Source of the DNA: Parcubacteria bacterium C7867-001
Lineage (GTDB): Bacteria; Patescibacteriota; Minisyncoccia; Phycocordibacterales; Phycocordibacteraceae
NCBI GenBank assembly: GCA_001189095.1
Contig: LFCK01000001.1
Location: forward strand, 20,133-84,132
DNA length: 64,000 nt
Direction: 5' to 3'
Every line of letters starts with the position of its first letter. Within the stretch, counting starts at the first letter, position 1. The notes under the pieces are model-generated. The model was not told the origin of the DNA. It searched no databases and saw only the letters and a list, made by a program, of their open reading frames with translations. Positions 1 to 9,736 of the stretch are shown here, one piece after another. Made by a program: the position numbers and the translations under genes.

Positions 1-2
1 GT

Positions 3-209
3 GCAGAATCGGGTGCTGCCAACTGGCTCGTGTCGCACGGGTTTGCGCGCGATGCAGCCGGAGCAAACGCACTACTTATATTCCTCGCGCTGCTTTTGTT
101 TGCCGCAGCGATTGCGGGGTTCTTCTTTCTTCAGCCGCAACCTAAAGCACCAACCGATGCGCAGCTTCGTACGCTTGAGATAATGAAGGCACGGTCAGGA
201 ATACGCTAA
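3..209 (+). CDS. 3' part of a small single-TM membrane protein (truncated by window edge)
   Basis: Manual frame-3 translation AESGAANWLVSHGFARDAAGANALLIFLALLLFAAAIAGFFFLQPQPK...GIR*. It has a clear TM helix and is more plausible than the track ORF 1..183. Confidence 0.6.
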   Translation, partial: AESGAANWLVSHGFARDAAGANALLIFLALLLFAAAIAGFFFLQPQPKAPTDAQLRTLEIMKARSGIR

Positions 210-214
210 ATCAT

Positions 215-709
215 ATGCAATCGGTCTCTCAAAAGCGTGGCTTTACCCTCATCGAGCTCTTGGTCGTTATTGCGATTATTAGTTTATTTTCGAGCATTGT
301 TCTTTCGTCATTGTCGCTCGCGCAGGCAAAAGCGCGCGATAGCCGCCGCCTCACCGATTTGCGACAAATCGTTAATGCGATTGAACTGTATCGTTCGAAT
401 AACTCAAGCTACCCCTCGACGAGCGGTTCGTGGTGGGGAAATTGCGCCGGTTTCGGTTCGCGCGCGACCAGTGGTGCCACCGCGTACGTTCCCAATGTCG
501 CTCCAACGTACATCAAGGTGTTGCCAACGGATCCAAAACCTATCGCTCCAAATAATTGCTATCTGTATAGCTCCAACGGCAGTGACTACATGATCATGGC
601 CTATGGCACGGTCGAAACGTATTCCTCTGCAAATAACCCTGCGCCACGCCCCTTTGATACGAACGAAGCAGACTTTGCGTTCTATACCGCTGGTGCGGCA
701 CAATGGTAG
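215..709 (+). CDS. Type IV pilin / GspG-like prepilin
   Basis: KRGFTLIELLVVIAII class III signal with E5; ARDSRRLTDLRQI...IELY pseudopilin pattern; LPTDP motif. Confidence 0.92.
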   Translation: MQSVSQKRGFTLIELLVVIAIISLFSSIVLSSLSLAQAKARDSRRLTDLRQIVNAIELYRSNNSSYPSTSGSWWGNCAGFGSRATSGATAYVPNVAPTYIKVLPTDPKPIAPNNCYLYSSNGSDYMIMAYGTVETYSSANNPAPRPFDTNEADFAFYTAGAAQW

Positions 710-711
710 GT

Positions 712-1179
712 ATGCAAATCTTCATCGCTTCAGATCATGCTGGTTTTGAGCTCAAGGAGTCGCTCCGAGCTTTTCTCGCAGAGGCTGGCCACACCGTGGA
801 AGACTGTGGCGCGTTTGAAAAGAACGAGGGCGACGATTATCCAGACACGGTGATTCCGTGCGCGCAGAAGGTTGCGGAAATGCCGGACAGTTTCGGTATT
901 GTTATTGGCGCGTCAGGACAAGGTGAGGCGATGGCCGCAAATCGCGTTTCAGGTGTTCGTGCTGCTGTTTTCTACGGCGATGTGCAAGGTGTCCAAACGG
1001 ACGCGGAAGGAGGAGCATTATCTTTGGTGCAGTCGGTACGCGCTCACAATAATGCGAACATCCTTTCTCTCGGTGCGCGTTTTATTACGGAAGAAGAAGC
1101 ACAAACTGCCGTACGTATTTTTCTCGAAACACCATTTTCAGGCGACGAGCGACACGTGCGTCGTCTCGCTAAATTCTGA
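712..1179 (+). CDS. rpiB: Ribose-5-phosphate isomerase B (RpiB/LacA/LacB)
   Basis: IASDHAGFELK, DDYPD, SGQGEAMAANR, HNNANILSLGAR, RHVRR motifs. Confidence 0.93.
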   Translation: MQIFIASDHAGFELKESLRAFLAEAGHTVEDCGAFEKNEGDDYPDTVIPCAQKVAEMPDSFGIVIGASGQGEAMAANRVSGVRAAVFYGDVQGVQTDAEGGALSLVQSVRAHNNANILSLGARFITEEEAQTAVRIFLETPFSGDERHVRRLAKF

Positions 1180-1231
1180 TGTATCCCCCTTCCTAAATCC
1201 AGAGTGCCGGTAAAACCGGTACACTGACTCT

Positions 1232-1954
1232 ATGGCCGTTATCATACCGGCGATATTGCCGCGTTCTAAAGAAGATCTCATACAGAAACTCGACGCGCTT
1301 CAGGGGCGGGTAAGCGACGTCCAAATTGATATTGTCGACGGCAAATTCGCGGGTCCCGCGAGCTGGCCCTGCGTACCCGGAACCGAGGACGCGACGCTTT
1401 TCGTTGCACGCCACGAACTCCTGCCGCACGCGGGCTCGCTCACTATTGAAGTGGACCTTATGGTCGAGGAGCCGGAGAAGACTGTTGGCATGTGGGTTGC
1501 CCTCGGTGCCCGTCGCATCACCATACACGCGGAAAGCGTCATCGATCTCCCGCGTCTTTTGCGTTCGCTCCAACGTACATATGGGCACGATAAGGGATTC
1601 GCGCCAGAGCTTCTTTCCATTGGCCTTGCGCTTAACATCGACAGCGAGCTTGCGCGCATCGAACCGCATCTTTCTATGGTCGATTACGTGCAGTTCATGG
1701 GTATCGACAGTATCGGGAAGCAAGGTCAACCATTTGACGAGCGTGTGTTGCGCAAAATAGCGATTTTCCGCAAACGACATACTGATATTCCGCTTCAAGT
1801 CGACGGCGGCGTTTCGCTCGCCACTGCACCAAAGTTGCTTGCAGCCGGCGTGAGCCGACTCGTCGCTGGTTCGAGCATCTGGAAGTCGCCGGACATCGGG
1901 AAGGAGATAGAAGCCTATAATTCAATCTTAGAAAGCTACGGGCGGTACACCTAA
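1232..1954 (+). CDS. rpe: Ribulose-phosphate 3-epimerase
   Basis: IIPAIL, QIDIVDGKF, VDLMV, QFMGI...GKQGQPF, QVDGGV, LVAGSSI. Confidence 0.88.
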   Translation: MAVIIPAILPRSKEDLIQKLDALQGRVSDVQIDIVDGKFAGPASWPCVPGTEDATLFVARHELLPHAGSLTIEVDLMVEEPEKTVGMWVALGARRITIHAESVIDLPRLLRSLQRTYGHDKGFAPELLSIGLALNIDSELARIEPHLSMVDYVQFMGIDSIGKQGQPFDERVLRKIAIFRKRHTDIPLQVDGGVSLATAPKLLAAGVSRLVAGSSIWKSPDIGKEIEAYNSILESYGRYT

Positions 1955-2038
1955 CATTCTGTGAGGATGCTATTCTAGAAATGATGGCGCACCACAAGGG
2001 TACTAATAATTTCCTAAGGCCTTCGGCCTAACAAAATT

Positions 2039-2911
2039 ATGTCGCTTACCGAACAAGAACGCATTTCTCTTGAAGCGAAGGCCAAAGCGATTCGTGAGAC
2101 GATCATCACCATGCTCGTCGAAGCGAAGAGCGGGCATACTGCCGGCCCTCTCGATATGGCGGACATCTTCACCGCTTTCTACTTCCATATACTCAAGCAC
2201 GATCCTCAAAATCCCGAGTGGGAAGAGCGCGATCGGCTTATTCTCTCGAATGGACACATCGTTCCCGTCCGCTACGCGGCTATGGCGCACGCGGGATACT
2301 TCCCGCTCGAGGAAACGAAGACGCTTCGTAAGTTCGGTTCCCGCCTTCAGGGGCATCCCGAGCGCACACGACTTCTAGGGATGGAAACAACCTCAGGGCC
2401 GCTCGGCTCAGGTCTTTCGCAGGCTGCCGGTATGGCGTACGCATTCCGTATGGATACAAAGAAGAACCGTGTCTTTTGTCTCATGGGAGATGGTGAGCAA
2501 AACGAAGGCAATGTGTGGGAAGCGGTGATGTGGGCGGGGAAGCAGAAACTCTCGAATCTCACGGCGGTTATCGATCGGAACAATATCCAGATAGATGGCA
2601 TGACGGAAGACGTTATGCCGCTCGAGCCGCTCGCCGATAAATACCGCGCGTTCAACTGGCACGTGATTGAAGTGAACGGTAACGATGTCGAAGCGTTCAT
2701 TGCGGCTGTGGAAGAAGCAAAAGCCATATTTGAAAAGCCAACGATGATCATTGCGCACACCATCGCTGGTAAGGGTGTTCCGGAAATAGAATTCGATTAC
2801 CACTGGCATGGCGGCGCGCCCGGCAAAGGCGTACCAAATGCCGAGCAAGGGAAGAAATTCCTCCAAGAAATTCGCTCTATGAAGGGGAAACTACCAAATG
2901 AGTATGCTTAA
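2039..2911 (+). CDS. Transketolase, N-terminal (TPP-binding) subunit
   Basis: SGHTAG, DRLILSNGH, LQGHP, SGPLGSG, GDGEQNEG...N TPP motif. Confidence 0.93.
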   Translation: MSLTEQERISLEAKAKAIRETIITMLVEAKSGHTAGPLDMADIFTAFYFHILKHDPQNPEWEERDRLILSNGHIVPVRYAAMAHAGYFPLEETKTLRKFGSRLQGHPERTRLLGMETTSGPLGSGLSQAAGMAYAFRMDTKKNRVFCLMGDGEQNEGNVWEAVMWAGKQKLSNLTAVIDRNNIQIDGMTEDVMPLEPLADKYRAFNWHVIEVNGNDVEAFIAAVEEAKAIFEKPTMIIAHTIAGKGVPEIEFDYHWHGGAPGKGVPNAEQGKKFLQEIRSMKGKLPNEYA

Positions 2912-3890
2912 TAAAGACGCAAAATTGCTAGAGACTCTTTTCGATAAGGATATCGAGAAGAAGTCAACGCGCGACGGATTTGGGACGGCTGTCGTGGACG
3001 CAGGGAAAGAAAATAAAGATATCGTCGTGCTGTCTGCAGACCTTAAGGAGTCGACGCGTGCGGACTGGTTCGAAAAGGAATTTCCGGAACGTTTCATCGA
3101 GGTGGGCATTGGCGAGCAGAATATGGCGACGCTCGCCGCAGGGTTCGCTCTTGCCGGAAAGATCCCATTTATTACGAGCTATGCCGCATTCTCTCCAGGT
3201 CGCAATTACGAACAAATTCGTACTACTGCCGCATTAAATGACGTTCCGGTAAAAATCATGGGCATGCATGCAGGCGTATCGGTCGGACCCGATGGGGCAA
3301 CACACCAGATGCTCGAAGATATCGCGCTCATGCGCGCGATGCCGAACATGATTGTTCTGAACCCCTGTGACGCTGAAGAAGGAAGAAAGGCAACACTGTC
3401 TGCTGTTGCCAACGGAAAACCAACCTATATTCGTTTTGGTCGTTCAAATGTTCCTGTGTTTACAACAAAAGATACGCCGTTTGCCGAAGGAAAAGCGCTC
3501 GTTCTTTGGAAATCGGAAAAGCCGAAAGTTGCGCTCCTCGGTACAGGTTCGATGAGTTACAACGCACTCGTTGCCGCTCGTGCGCTCGAAGCCGAAGGCA
3601 TCGGCTCCATCGTCCTTCACAATCCTTCGATAAAACCGCTCGACGAGGCTGCAATACTTGAAGCGGCGAAAGCGGCGGGGAAGGTTGTCACAGTTGAAGA
3701 GCACCAGGTCGCGGGCGGGTTTGGCGGCGCCGTTGCAGAACTCCTTTCAAAAAAGCATCCAGTGCATATTGAACGACTCGGGATTCAGGACGAATTCGGT
3801 CAGTCAGGGGAGCCGGACGAACTCATCGAACACTACGGTCTTGGCCCATCCTTTATTGCTGAAACAGCGCGAAGAATGCTTAAGGTCTAG
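2898..3890 (+). CDS. Transketolase, C-terminal subunit
   Basis: LSADL, RFIEVGIGEQNM, HAGVSVGPDGATHQ, TVEEHQ...GG. Confidence 0.93.
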   Translation: MSMLNKDAKLLETLFDKDIEKKSTRDGFGTAVVDAGKENKDIVVLSADLKESTRADWFEKEFPERFIEVGIGEQNMATLAAGFALAGKIPFITSYAAFSPGRNYEQIRTTAALNDVPVKIMGMHAGVSVGPDGATHQMLEDIALMRAMPNMIVLNPCDAEEGRKATLSAVANGKPTYIRFGRSNVPVFTTKDTPFAEGKALVLWKSEKPKVALLGTGSMSYNALVAARALEAEGIGSIVLHNPSIKPLDEAAILEAAKAAGKVVTVEEHQVAGGFGGAVAELLSKKHPVHIERLGIQDEFGQSGEPDELIEHYGLGPSFIAETARRMLKV

Positions 3891-4882
3891 AGAGGAGAAA
3901 CGCGGTAGTCGGGAGGCGCGTTCTTGAGGAATTCTTCAAGCGCAGCGCGCGTGAGAAGACCTTTCTGTGCGCCTACTTCCTGAACGACTGCCATGGAATT
4001 AATTGGTGCCCAGAGAAGAGCTTCAGCCAGCGGTTTACCGAGCGCAAGCGCCGAAGTAACGGTCGATGCAAATGCATCTCCTGCCCCCGTTCGTTCATAC
4101 GGCGCGCGGCTGTCGGGGTACATGGGAACTTTCATAAGGTCGTTACCGTCTGAGGCGTACGCACCATCGCGATCATCGGTAATGATAACGAGCTGGGGAC
4201 CGAGTGCGCGCAGACCGGCAAGCAGTTCCGGTAACGGCGTTCCGAGGGGAAGTTCCAAAATTCGCTGGGCCTCTTCTTTATTGCAGAAAAATACATGCGT
4301 TCGCTCGTAGAGCGCTTTTAGCTTTTCAATGCCAAGCTTCATTTGAAACGTTCCCGGCTGGAAAGCGAGTTTCGTTTCAGGGTGCGCAGCGAGATATTCC
4401 GCGATTTGCGCGTGATATGGCTCGGAGTGGTCGGCGAGTGAACTCAGGTAGAGGAATTTTGGCGCCGGCATATCCTTCGGGAACTGGTACGGATACGCTT
4501 CATGCTTCACGAGTATGGTTCGCTCGTTTTCGTACCACAGCACGTAGTGATAGTTACTCTTGATGCCGTGGTGTGCCGTAATGTAGGTCGTCGAGACGTT
4601 TTCTTTCGTGAGCTGCTCAACATCATGCTTGCCTACCGTGTCCTGTCCGATGTCGGAAACAAGACCGCTTTTGAGACCAAGTCGCGCGGCCGCGACGGCC
4701 GCGTTTGGCGAATTACCGACTCCATGGCAAATCGTGGCGAAGTCGTAGGGAATTTTGTCGCCCCAACGCATTGAAATTTCACAGTCTTCATCATCTATCT
4801 TGCAGGTAACGCGTGCATCCTTGAGACGGATGAACGGCTCGGTGACGATATCGCCCACAGCGACGAAATCAAGCGGCTCCAT
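3887..4882 (-). CDS. PfkB/ribokinase-family carbohydrate kinase
   Basis: GNSPNAAVAAARLG, CNKEEA, RTGAGDAF signature. Confidence 0.9.
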   Translation of the reverse strand: MEPLDFVAVGDIVTEPFIRLKDARVTCKIDDEDCEISMRWGDKIPYDFATICHGVGNSPNAAVAAARLGLKSGLVSDIGQDTVGKHDVEQLTKENVSTTYITAHHGIKSNYHYVLWYENERTILVKHEAYPYQFPKDMPAPKFLYLSSLADHSEPYHAQIAEYLAAHPETKLAFQPGTFQMKLGIEKLKALYERTHVFFCNKEEAQRILELPLGTPLPELLAGLRALGPQLVIITDDRDGAYASDGNDLMKVPMYPDSRAPYERTGAGDAFASTVTSALALGKPLAEALLWAPINSMAVVQEVGAQKGLLTRAALEEFLKNAPPDYRVSPL

Positions 4883-5027
4883 TTCTCCTTAGTCTACACT
4901 ATGCTCAACGCACCAGACCGTCTATCGAATTACCTGCGGATCAATCACGTCGCAAGCAATCGTCAATGTTAATCCGAGTATTCAAGAGTTTTAAAGGTCC
5001 ACTTTGCGAAGGTGCTACACTACACAT

Positions 5028-6035
5028 ATGATGCTTGTTGATCTTTTGGCGTGCGCGCACTCGCTGGTGCATCCCGGCAAGGGCATACTTGCTGCTGACG
5101 AAAGTACGACCACCGCCGACAAGCGCCTCGAACAGTTCGGTATCAAATCATCGGTTGAGATGCGCCGGAAAGAGCGCGACCTCTTCCTTGCGACACCCGA
5201 TATCGAGAAATATCTCTCAGGCGTCATTCTCTATCAGGAGACGCTCACCCAAAAGTCAAAGAGCGGGAAGTACTTCCCGAAGCTTCTCTGGGAAAAGGGC
5301 ATCGTACCGGGTATAAAAGTCGACGAGGGAACCGAGCCTATGGCCGACAATCCCGATGAGCTCATCACGAACGGTCTTATCGGGCTCGAGGATCGCGTTG
5401 CTAAATACCACAAGGAGTCCCATACCGGATTTGCGAAGTGGCGCGCAGTTATTCGTATCGATGGCGATCGTCTCCCGACCGCTCAAGCACTTGTCGAGAA
5501 CGCAAAGCGTCTCGCAACCTATGCAAAATGCGTGCAGGAAACAGGTATGGTGCCGGTGGTTGAGCCCGAGGTTCTTCTTGAGGGTAAGCATAGTCGCGCC
5601 CGGGCCCGGGCCGTGATCGAAACCACTATGAAGGCAGTCATCGCTGCGCTTGAAGACCAGTCACTCGATATGTCAGGAGTCGTGGTGAAGACTGCGATGG
5701 CGCTTTCCGGCAATAAGAGCGGTAGAAAGGATACGCCGGAAGAGGTCGCTGAGGATACGGTAACGGCGCTCGTGAATTCCATCCCGAAAGGGTTGGCGGG
5801 CGTGGTATTCCTCTCGGGAGGCCAGACACCAGACCAAGCGACCGAGAACCTCCGCGCAATAGCGCACTACGCAGCGAAAGCCGGCGCCCCATGGCCCATG
5901 ACCTTCTCCTATGCCCGTGCGCTTCAGGAGGAGGCACTCGAGGTCTGGAGGGGAAAAGAGGAGAATGTGGATGCTGCCCGAGACATATATATGTCTCGCC
6001 TCGAGAAGGTCTTTAATGCGGCTCGGGGCGCCTAA
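5028..6035 (+). CDS. Fructose-bisphosphate aldolase class I
   Basis: KGILAADES, PGIKVD, FAKWRAV, VEPEV, Schiff-base Lys in VVKTAM, FLSGGQ, TFSYARALQ. Confidence 0.93.
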   Translation: MMLVDLLACAHSLVHPGKGILAADESTTTADKRLEQFGIKSSVEMRRKERDLFLATPDIEKYLSGVILYQETLTQKSKSGKYFPKLLWEKGIVPGIKVDEGTEPMADNPDELITNGLIGLEDRVAKYHKESHTGFAKWRAVIRIDGDRLPTAQALVENAKRLATYAKCVQETGMVPVVEPEVLLEGKHSRARARAVIETTMKAVIAALEDQSLDMSGVVVKTAMALSGNKSGRKDTPEEVAEDTVTALVNSIPKGLAGVVFLSGGQTPDQATENLRAIAHYAAKAGAPWPMTFSYARALQEEALEVWRGKEENVDAARDIYMSRLEKVFNAARGA

Positions 6036-6078
6036 CGGCTCCTTGCGCTACAACCCCGTTTAGGGCATACTCGCCTTC

Positions 6079-6714
6079 ATGCATACCCTCGCAGTTTCCG
6101 TCCGGACTGAGCTTGGAAAGCGCGCAAAGCGCCTTCTTTCTGCTGGTCAGATGCCGGCCGTAGTCTACGGTCCTAAGGAGGACACCATTTCGGTTTCCGT
6201 CCCACTCGCTATCTTTGAAAAGACCCTTAAGGTCGCCGGCGAATCGTCCGTGCTTGAGCTTACGGGCCTCAACAAGCCGCTTCAGGTCCTTATTCACGAT
6301 ATCGACCGTGATCCGGTTACGAACATCCCTCGCCACGCTGATTTCTATGCAATTGAGAAGGGTGCGAAGGTTGAAGTCGCTGTTCCGCTTGAATTTATCG
6401 GTGAGTCGGCTGCCGTGAAGGCTGGTGCGAACCTTGTGAAAGTTATCCATGAACTTGAAGTCGAGGCGGACGCAGCGCACCTCCCCCAGCACATCGAAGT
6501 CGACATTTCGTCGCTTGCCGAAATCGGTTCCCAGATCCATGTCCGCGATCTCTCTATTCCATCGGGCGTTACCGTAAAGGCTGAACCGGAAGACGTCGTT
6601 GCGCTTATTCAGGAAGTGAAGATTGAGGAAGAGGCTCCGTCGGAAGCTCCTGATATGGCTTCGATTGAAGTCGAAAAGAAGGGTAAGGACGAAGAGGAAG
6701 CAGCTGCAGAATAA
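6079..6714 (+). CDS. rplY: 50S ribosomal protein L25/Ctc (long form)
   Basis: PAVVYG, RDPV...HADFY, C-terminal Ctc domain and acidic tail. Confidence 0.93.
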   Translation: MHTLAVSVRTELGKRAKRLLSAGQMPAVVYGPKEDTISVSVPLAIFEKTLKVAGESSVLELTGLNKPLQVLIHDIDRDPVTNIPRHADFYAIEKGAKVEVAVPLEFIGESAAVKAGANLVKVIHELEVEADAAHLPQHIEVDISSLAEIGSQIHVRDLSIPSGVTVKAEPEDVVALIQEVKIEEEAPSEAPDMASIEVEKKGKDEEEAAAE

Positions 6715-6729
6715 GTCCATTCTTCATGA

Positions 6730-6764
6730 AAATGGCCCGCTTGGTAATGCCGGCGGGCTATTTT
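6730..6764 (+). terminator. Intrinsic terminator after rplY
   Basis: GGCCCGC...GCGGGCT stem followed by ATTTT. Confidence 0.6.
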
Positions 6765-6793
6765 CGTCTTCTGATATACTGAAACCTACGTAT

Positions 6794-8158
6794 ATGCATC
6801 GGCATGTTCTCTTTGCTGTTTTCTTCCTTCTTGGCGCAATAGGGACGCTCTCCTTTGCGTCCGTTGCTGACGCGGCGGGTATCGACTGCACTTCAAATGC
6901 CGACGTTCGTGCCAAATGCCAGCAGGAATACGACCAGCTTCAACAGGAAATTGCGGGGTGGCAGAAGGTGCTCGACGAAACTCGTACGAAGAAAAATACT
7001 CTTAAGGGCGACGTGACCGCGCTCACCGCCCAAATCAATCAGGCCGAAGCGCAAATTAAGCAGAAGAACATTGCGATCGCAAAGCTCGGTTCGCAAATAG
7101 CGCAGAAGAACCGTATCATCTCAGATCTCGAGGCGCGCATTGCGCGCGGTAGGGATTCGCTTGCCTCGCTCGTACGCCAGCAAAATCAGGCGGATGATTT
7201 ATCGCTTCCGGAGATTGCGTTCTCTGCGAACGAAATCTCAAACCTCTTTACTGATATGGATCGCGTTGTTTCGATCCAGAAGGGGCTCCATACGACCTTC
7301 GCGCAGATTCGTGGCGATAAGGAGACGACGCAGAATGAGAAACTCGCGCTTACCGACGCTCAAAACAACGAGGTTGATGCGCGCTATGTCGTACAGACCA
7401 AGGAACAGCAGATAAGTCAGAATAAGAAAGAGAAGACGCAGCTCCTCACTATCACCTCGAATCAGGAGAGTCAGTACCAAAAGGCACTTTCGGAACGGCA
7501 GGCACGCGCCGCAGCGATACGCAGCGCGTTGTTCAACCTGCGCGACACGCAGGGTATCGAGTTCGGTACGGCACTTACCTATGCGACGGAAGCCTCTCAA
7601 AAGACCGGCGTTCGTCCGGCTATTATCCTCGCCTTCCTTTCGCAAGAGTCTGATCTCGGAAAGAATGTCGGCTCGTGCCTTGTGACCGACCTCTCGACGG
7701 GTAATGGAAAGGGAAAGAATACGGGAACGCCCTTTAAGAACGTGATGAAAGCTCCCCGCGATACCGTGCCTTTTGAGGTTATCACTAAGTCGCTCGGTCT
7801 CGATTGGACGACCACTCCCGTATCGTGCCCGCAATCGATAGGCTATGGCGGCGCCATGGGACCGTCGCAGTTCATCCCGTCGACATGGCAGCTCTATGCA
7901 GCGCGCCTTAAGAGTACGCTCGGCGTCGCTGTCCCGAATCCGTGGGGCGCCAAAGATGCCATTTTCGCAACGGCGCTCTACATCACCGATCTTGGCGCGA
8001 GCTCGGGCACCTACACCGCCGAGCGCAATGCTGCGTGTCAGTACTTTTCGGGCCGTACCTGTGCGGCCGCAGGAGGGGTAGTCGCTTCCTATGGCGATTC
8101 CGTGATGGCGAAAGCCGCGACGTTCCAGCAGAACATCGATTTCTTGAAGGACAACTAA
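6794..8158 (+). CDS. Secreted coiled-coil + lytic transglycosylase (SLT/lysozyme-like) protein
   Basis: Signal peptide, long PcsB-like coiled coil, ILAFLSQES catalytic Glu, GAMGPSQFIPSTW motif. Confidence 0.85.
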   Translation: MHRHVLFAVFFLLGAIGTLSFASVADAAGIDCTSNADVRAKCQQEYDQLQQEIAGWQKVLDETRTKKNTLKGDVTALTAQINQAEAQIKQKNIAIAKLGSQIAQKNRIISDLEARIARGRDSLASLVRQQNQADDLSLPEIAFSANEISNLFTDMDRVVSIQKGLHTTFAQIRGDKETTQNEKLALTDAQNNEVDARYVVQTKEQQISQNKKEKTQLLTITSNQESQYQKALSERQARAAAIRSALFNLRDTQGIEFGTALTYATEASQKTGVRPAIILAFLSQESDLGKNVGSCLVTDLSTGNGKGKNTGTPFKNVMKAPRDTVPFEVITKSLGLDWTTTPVSCPQSIGYGGAMGPSQFIPSTWQLYAARLKSTLGVAVPNPWGAKDAIFATALYITDLGASSGTYTAERNAACQYFSGRTCAAAGGVVASYGDSVMAKAATFQQNIDFLKDN

Positions 8159-8184
8159 GGGTTGTGTCTGGTACGCTTATCGTA

Positions 8185-9663
8185 ATGCTTACGCGCTTCT
8201 CGTACGTGTTTCTTGGTGCCGGCTCAGGCGCTCTCGTGGCGTTTGCATACTATTTCCCCTATAGCTGGCCGGTTATATTTATCGCGCTTATTCCACTTCT
8301 GCATGCGGTCCGTACTGCTCGTACATGGAAAGGTGCGCTCGTCGCAGGCATGGTTACCGGTGCGATCCTTGTGGGTGCAACAACATTCTGGATGTTTGCG
8401 TCGCGGCCACTTCCAACCGCGTTTAGTCTTTCGCCGTTCGTTGGCTTCCTAAGCGTCTTGGTCAGTTGGCTCTTAATCATGCTTTTTACAGCCCCTCTTG
8501 TTGGGGTATGGGCAGTGTGTGTGCGACGCTTTTTTCAATCAAGCATACTCGCTACGGTGGGTGTTGCGATACTGTGGGTTTTCATCGTTGAGTATCTGCG
8601 CATGTATGGATTTGCGCTGGTGACCTACACGCCGCTTGTTTCAAATCCACTCTTCTGGACGACGGGTGCGCTCGGGTATCCACTTGCCGACAATGAGAAT
8701 TGGTTGCAGCTTGCATCTCTCGGCGGCCTTTGGCTCCTCTCCTTTACGGTAGTGTTGGTAAACGCACTCATATATCAGTTCGTCGTGCGCGCAAGCGGAA
8801 AGAGGAGAGTAATTGCCGGAGGAGTACTCGCAACGGCACTACTTATTGCTAGCGTACTTCCGATTATTTCTTGGCGTGATGCTGGGACAAGCACTCCGTC
8901 GGTACCCATAGGGTTCATGTCGCTGTGGTCGCATAACGAGGACCAGTTCGCTGCGATTACGGATGTGCATCAAGATGCGCAACGAGCCATTATTGACCTT
9001 GCAGAAAAAGGCGCACGCATTATTGTCTTGCCCGAAGGGGAAGACTATATCGATCTTCATACGTCTATCGATATTGATCGGCTGCGCCATGAAGGGGTCA
9101 TGATTGTCGCCGCAGGTCCAACGCGTTCTCCTGACGGAAAGAAGTTGTTGCGGGGGTACGTCAGTGACGCAGAAACGGGAGTGGCCGAAACCATACGAAA
9201 CAAAATGGTCCTAACCCCACAAGGGGAGTTTTTGATCGGTATATTCCGGTACGGTATGCCGCTTATTGGTTTAGAGAAAAGTGTCGCTCGCTTTGAAGAC
9301 ACGAAAGCGCTGGGTATTGGCAGTTGGGGGAGTGCAATTGAGTACGGAACACTGCGTGCATCACTCATGTTTTGTTTTGAGGTATTTGCACCGAATTTCG
9401 GAAAAGAGTTAGTCCGGCGACAAGATTCGGATGTGGTGTTGGCGATGATTTCTCATGCACGATTTTATGACGCGCAAAACCTTCACCAGGATACCTTTCG
9501 ATTCTTGCGCGTTCGCGGGGTCGAAGCAGGCGTGCCACTTATTGTTTCAACGAATCATACGCTCGCCTATGCGTTTGATAGCTACGGTCGGATTCTCATG
9601 ACCGAGGGTGCTAGACATGAGTCAGAGTGGGGGATCGTCTCAGTACCGCTTATCCCACGCTGA
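8185..9663 (+). CDS. lnt: Apolipoprotein N-acyltransferase-like protein
   Basis: Multi-TM N-terminus (EYLR, LGYPL, QLASLGGLWLLSF) plus nitrilase-fold E-K-C triad (VLPEG, NKMVLTPQGEF, FCFE). Confidence 0.8.
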   Translation: MLTRFSYVFLGAGSGALVAFAYYFPYSWPVIFIALIPLLHAVRTARTWKGALVAGMVTGAILVGATTFWMFASRPLPTAFSLSPFVGFLSVLVSWLLIMLFTAPLVGVWAVCVRRFFQSSILATVGVAILWVFIVEYLRMYGFALVTYTPLVSNPLFWTTGALGYPLADNENWLQLASLGGLWLLSFTVVLVNALIYQFVVRASGKRRVIAGGVLATALLIASVLPIISWRDAGTSTPSVPIGFMSLWSHNEDQFAAITDVHQDAQRAIIDLAEKGARIIVLPEGEDYIDLHTSIDIDRLRHEGVMIVAAGPTRSPDGKKLLRGYVSDAETGVAETIRNKMVLTPQGEFLIGIFRYGMPLIGLEKSVARFEDTKALGIGSWGSAIEYGTLRASLMFCFEVFAPNFGKELVRRQDSDVVLAMISHARFYDAQNLHQDTFRFLRVRGVEAGVPLIVSTNHTLAYAFDSYGRILMTEGARHESEWGIVSVPLIPR

Positions 9664-9736
9664 TGTTCCACCGACGCCCCTGCCTTTTTCATAGGGAGGG
9701 GATAGAATGTACTTGAACCTTATATACACCTATACC

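Noticed and set aside
1-183. Track ORF of 60 aa
   Set aside because: Frame 3 (3..209) gives a more protein-like membrane sequence.
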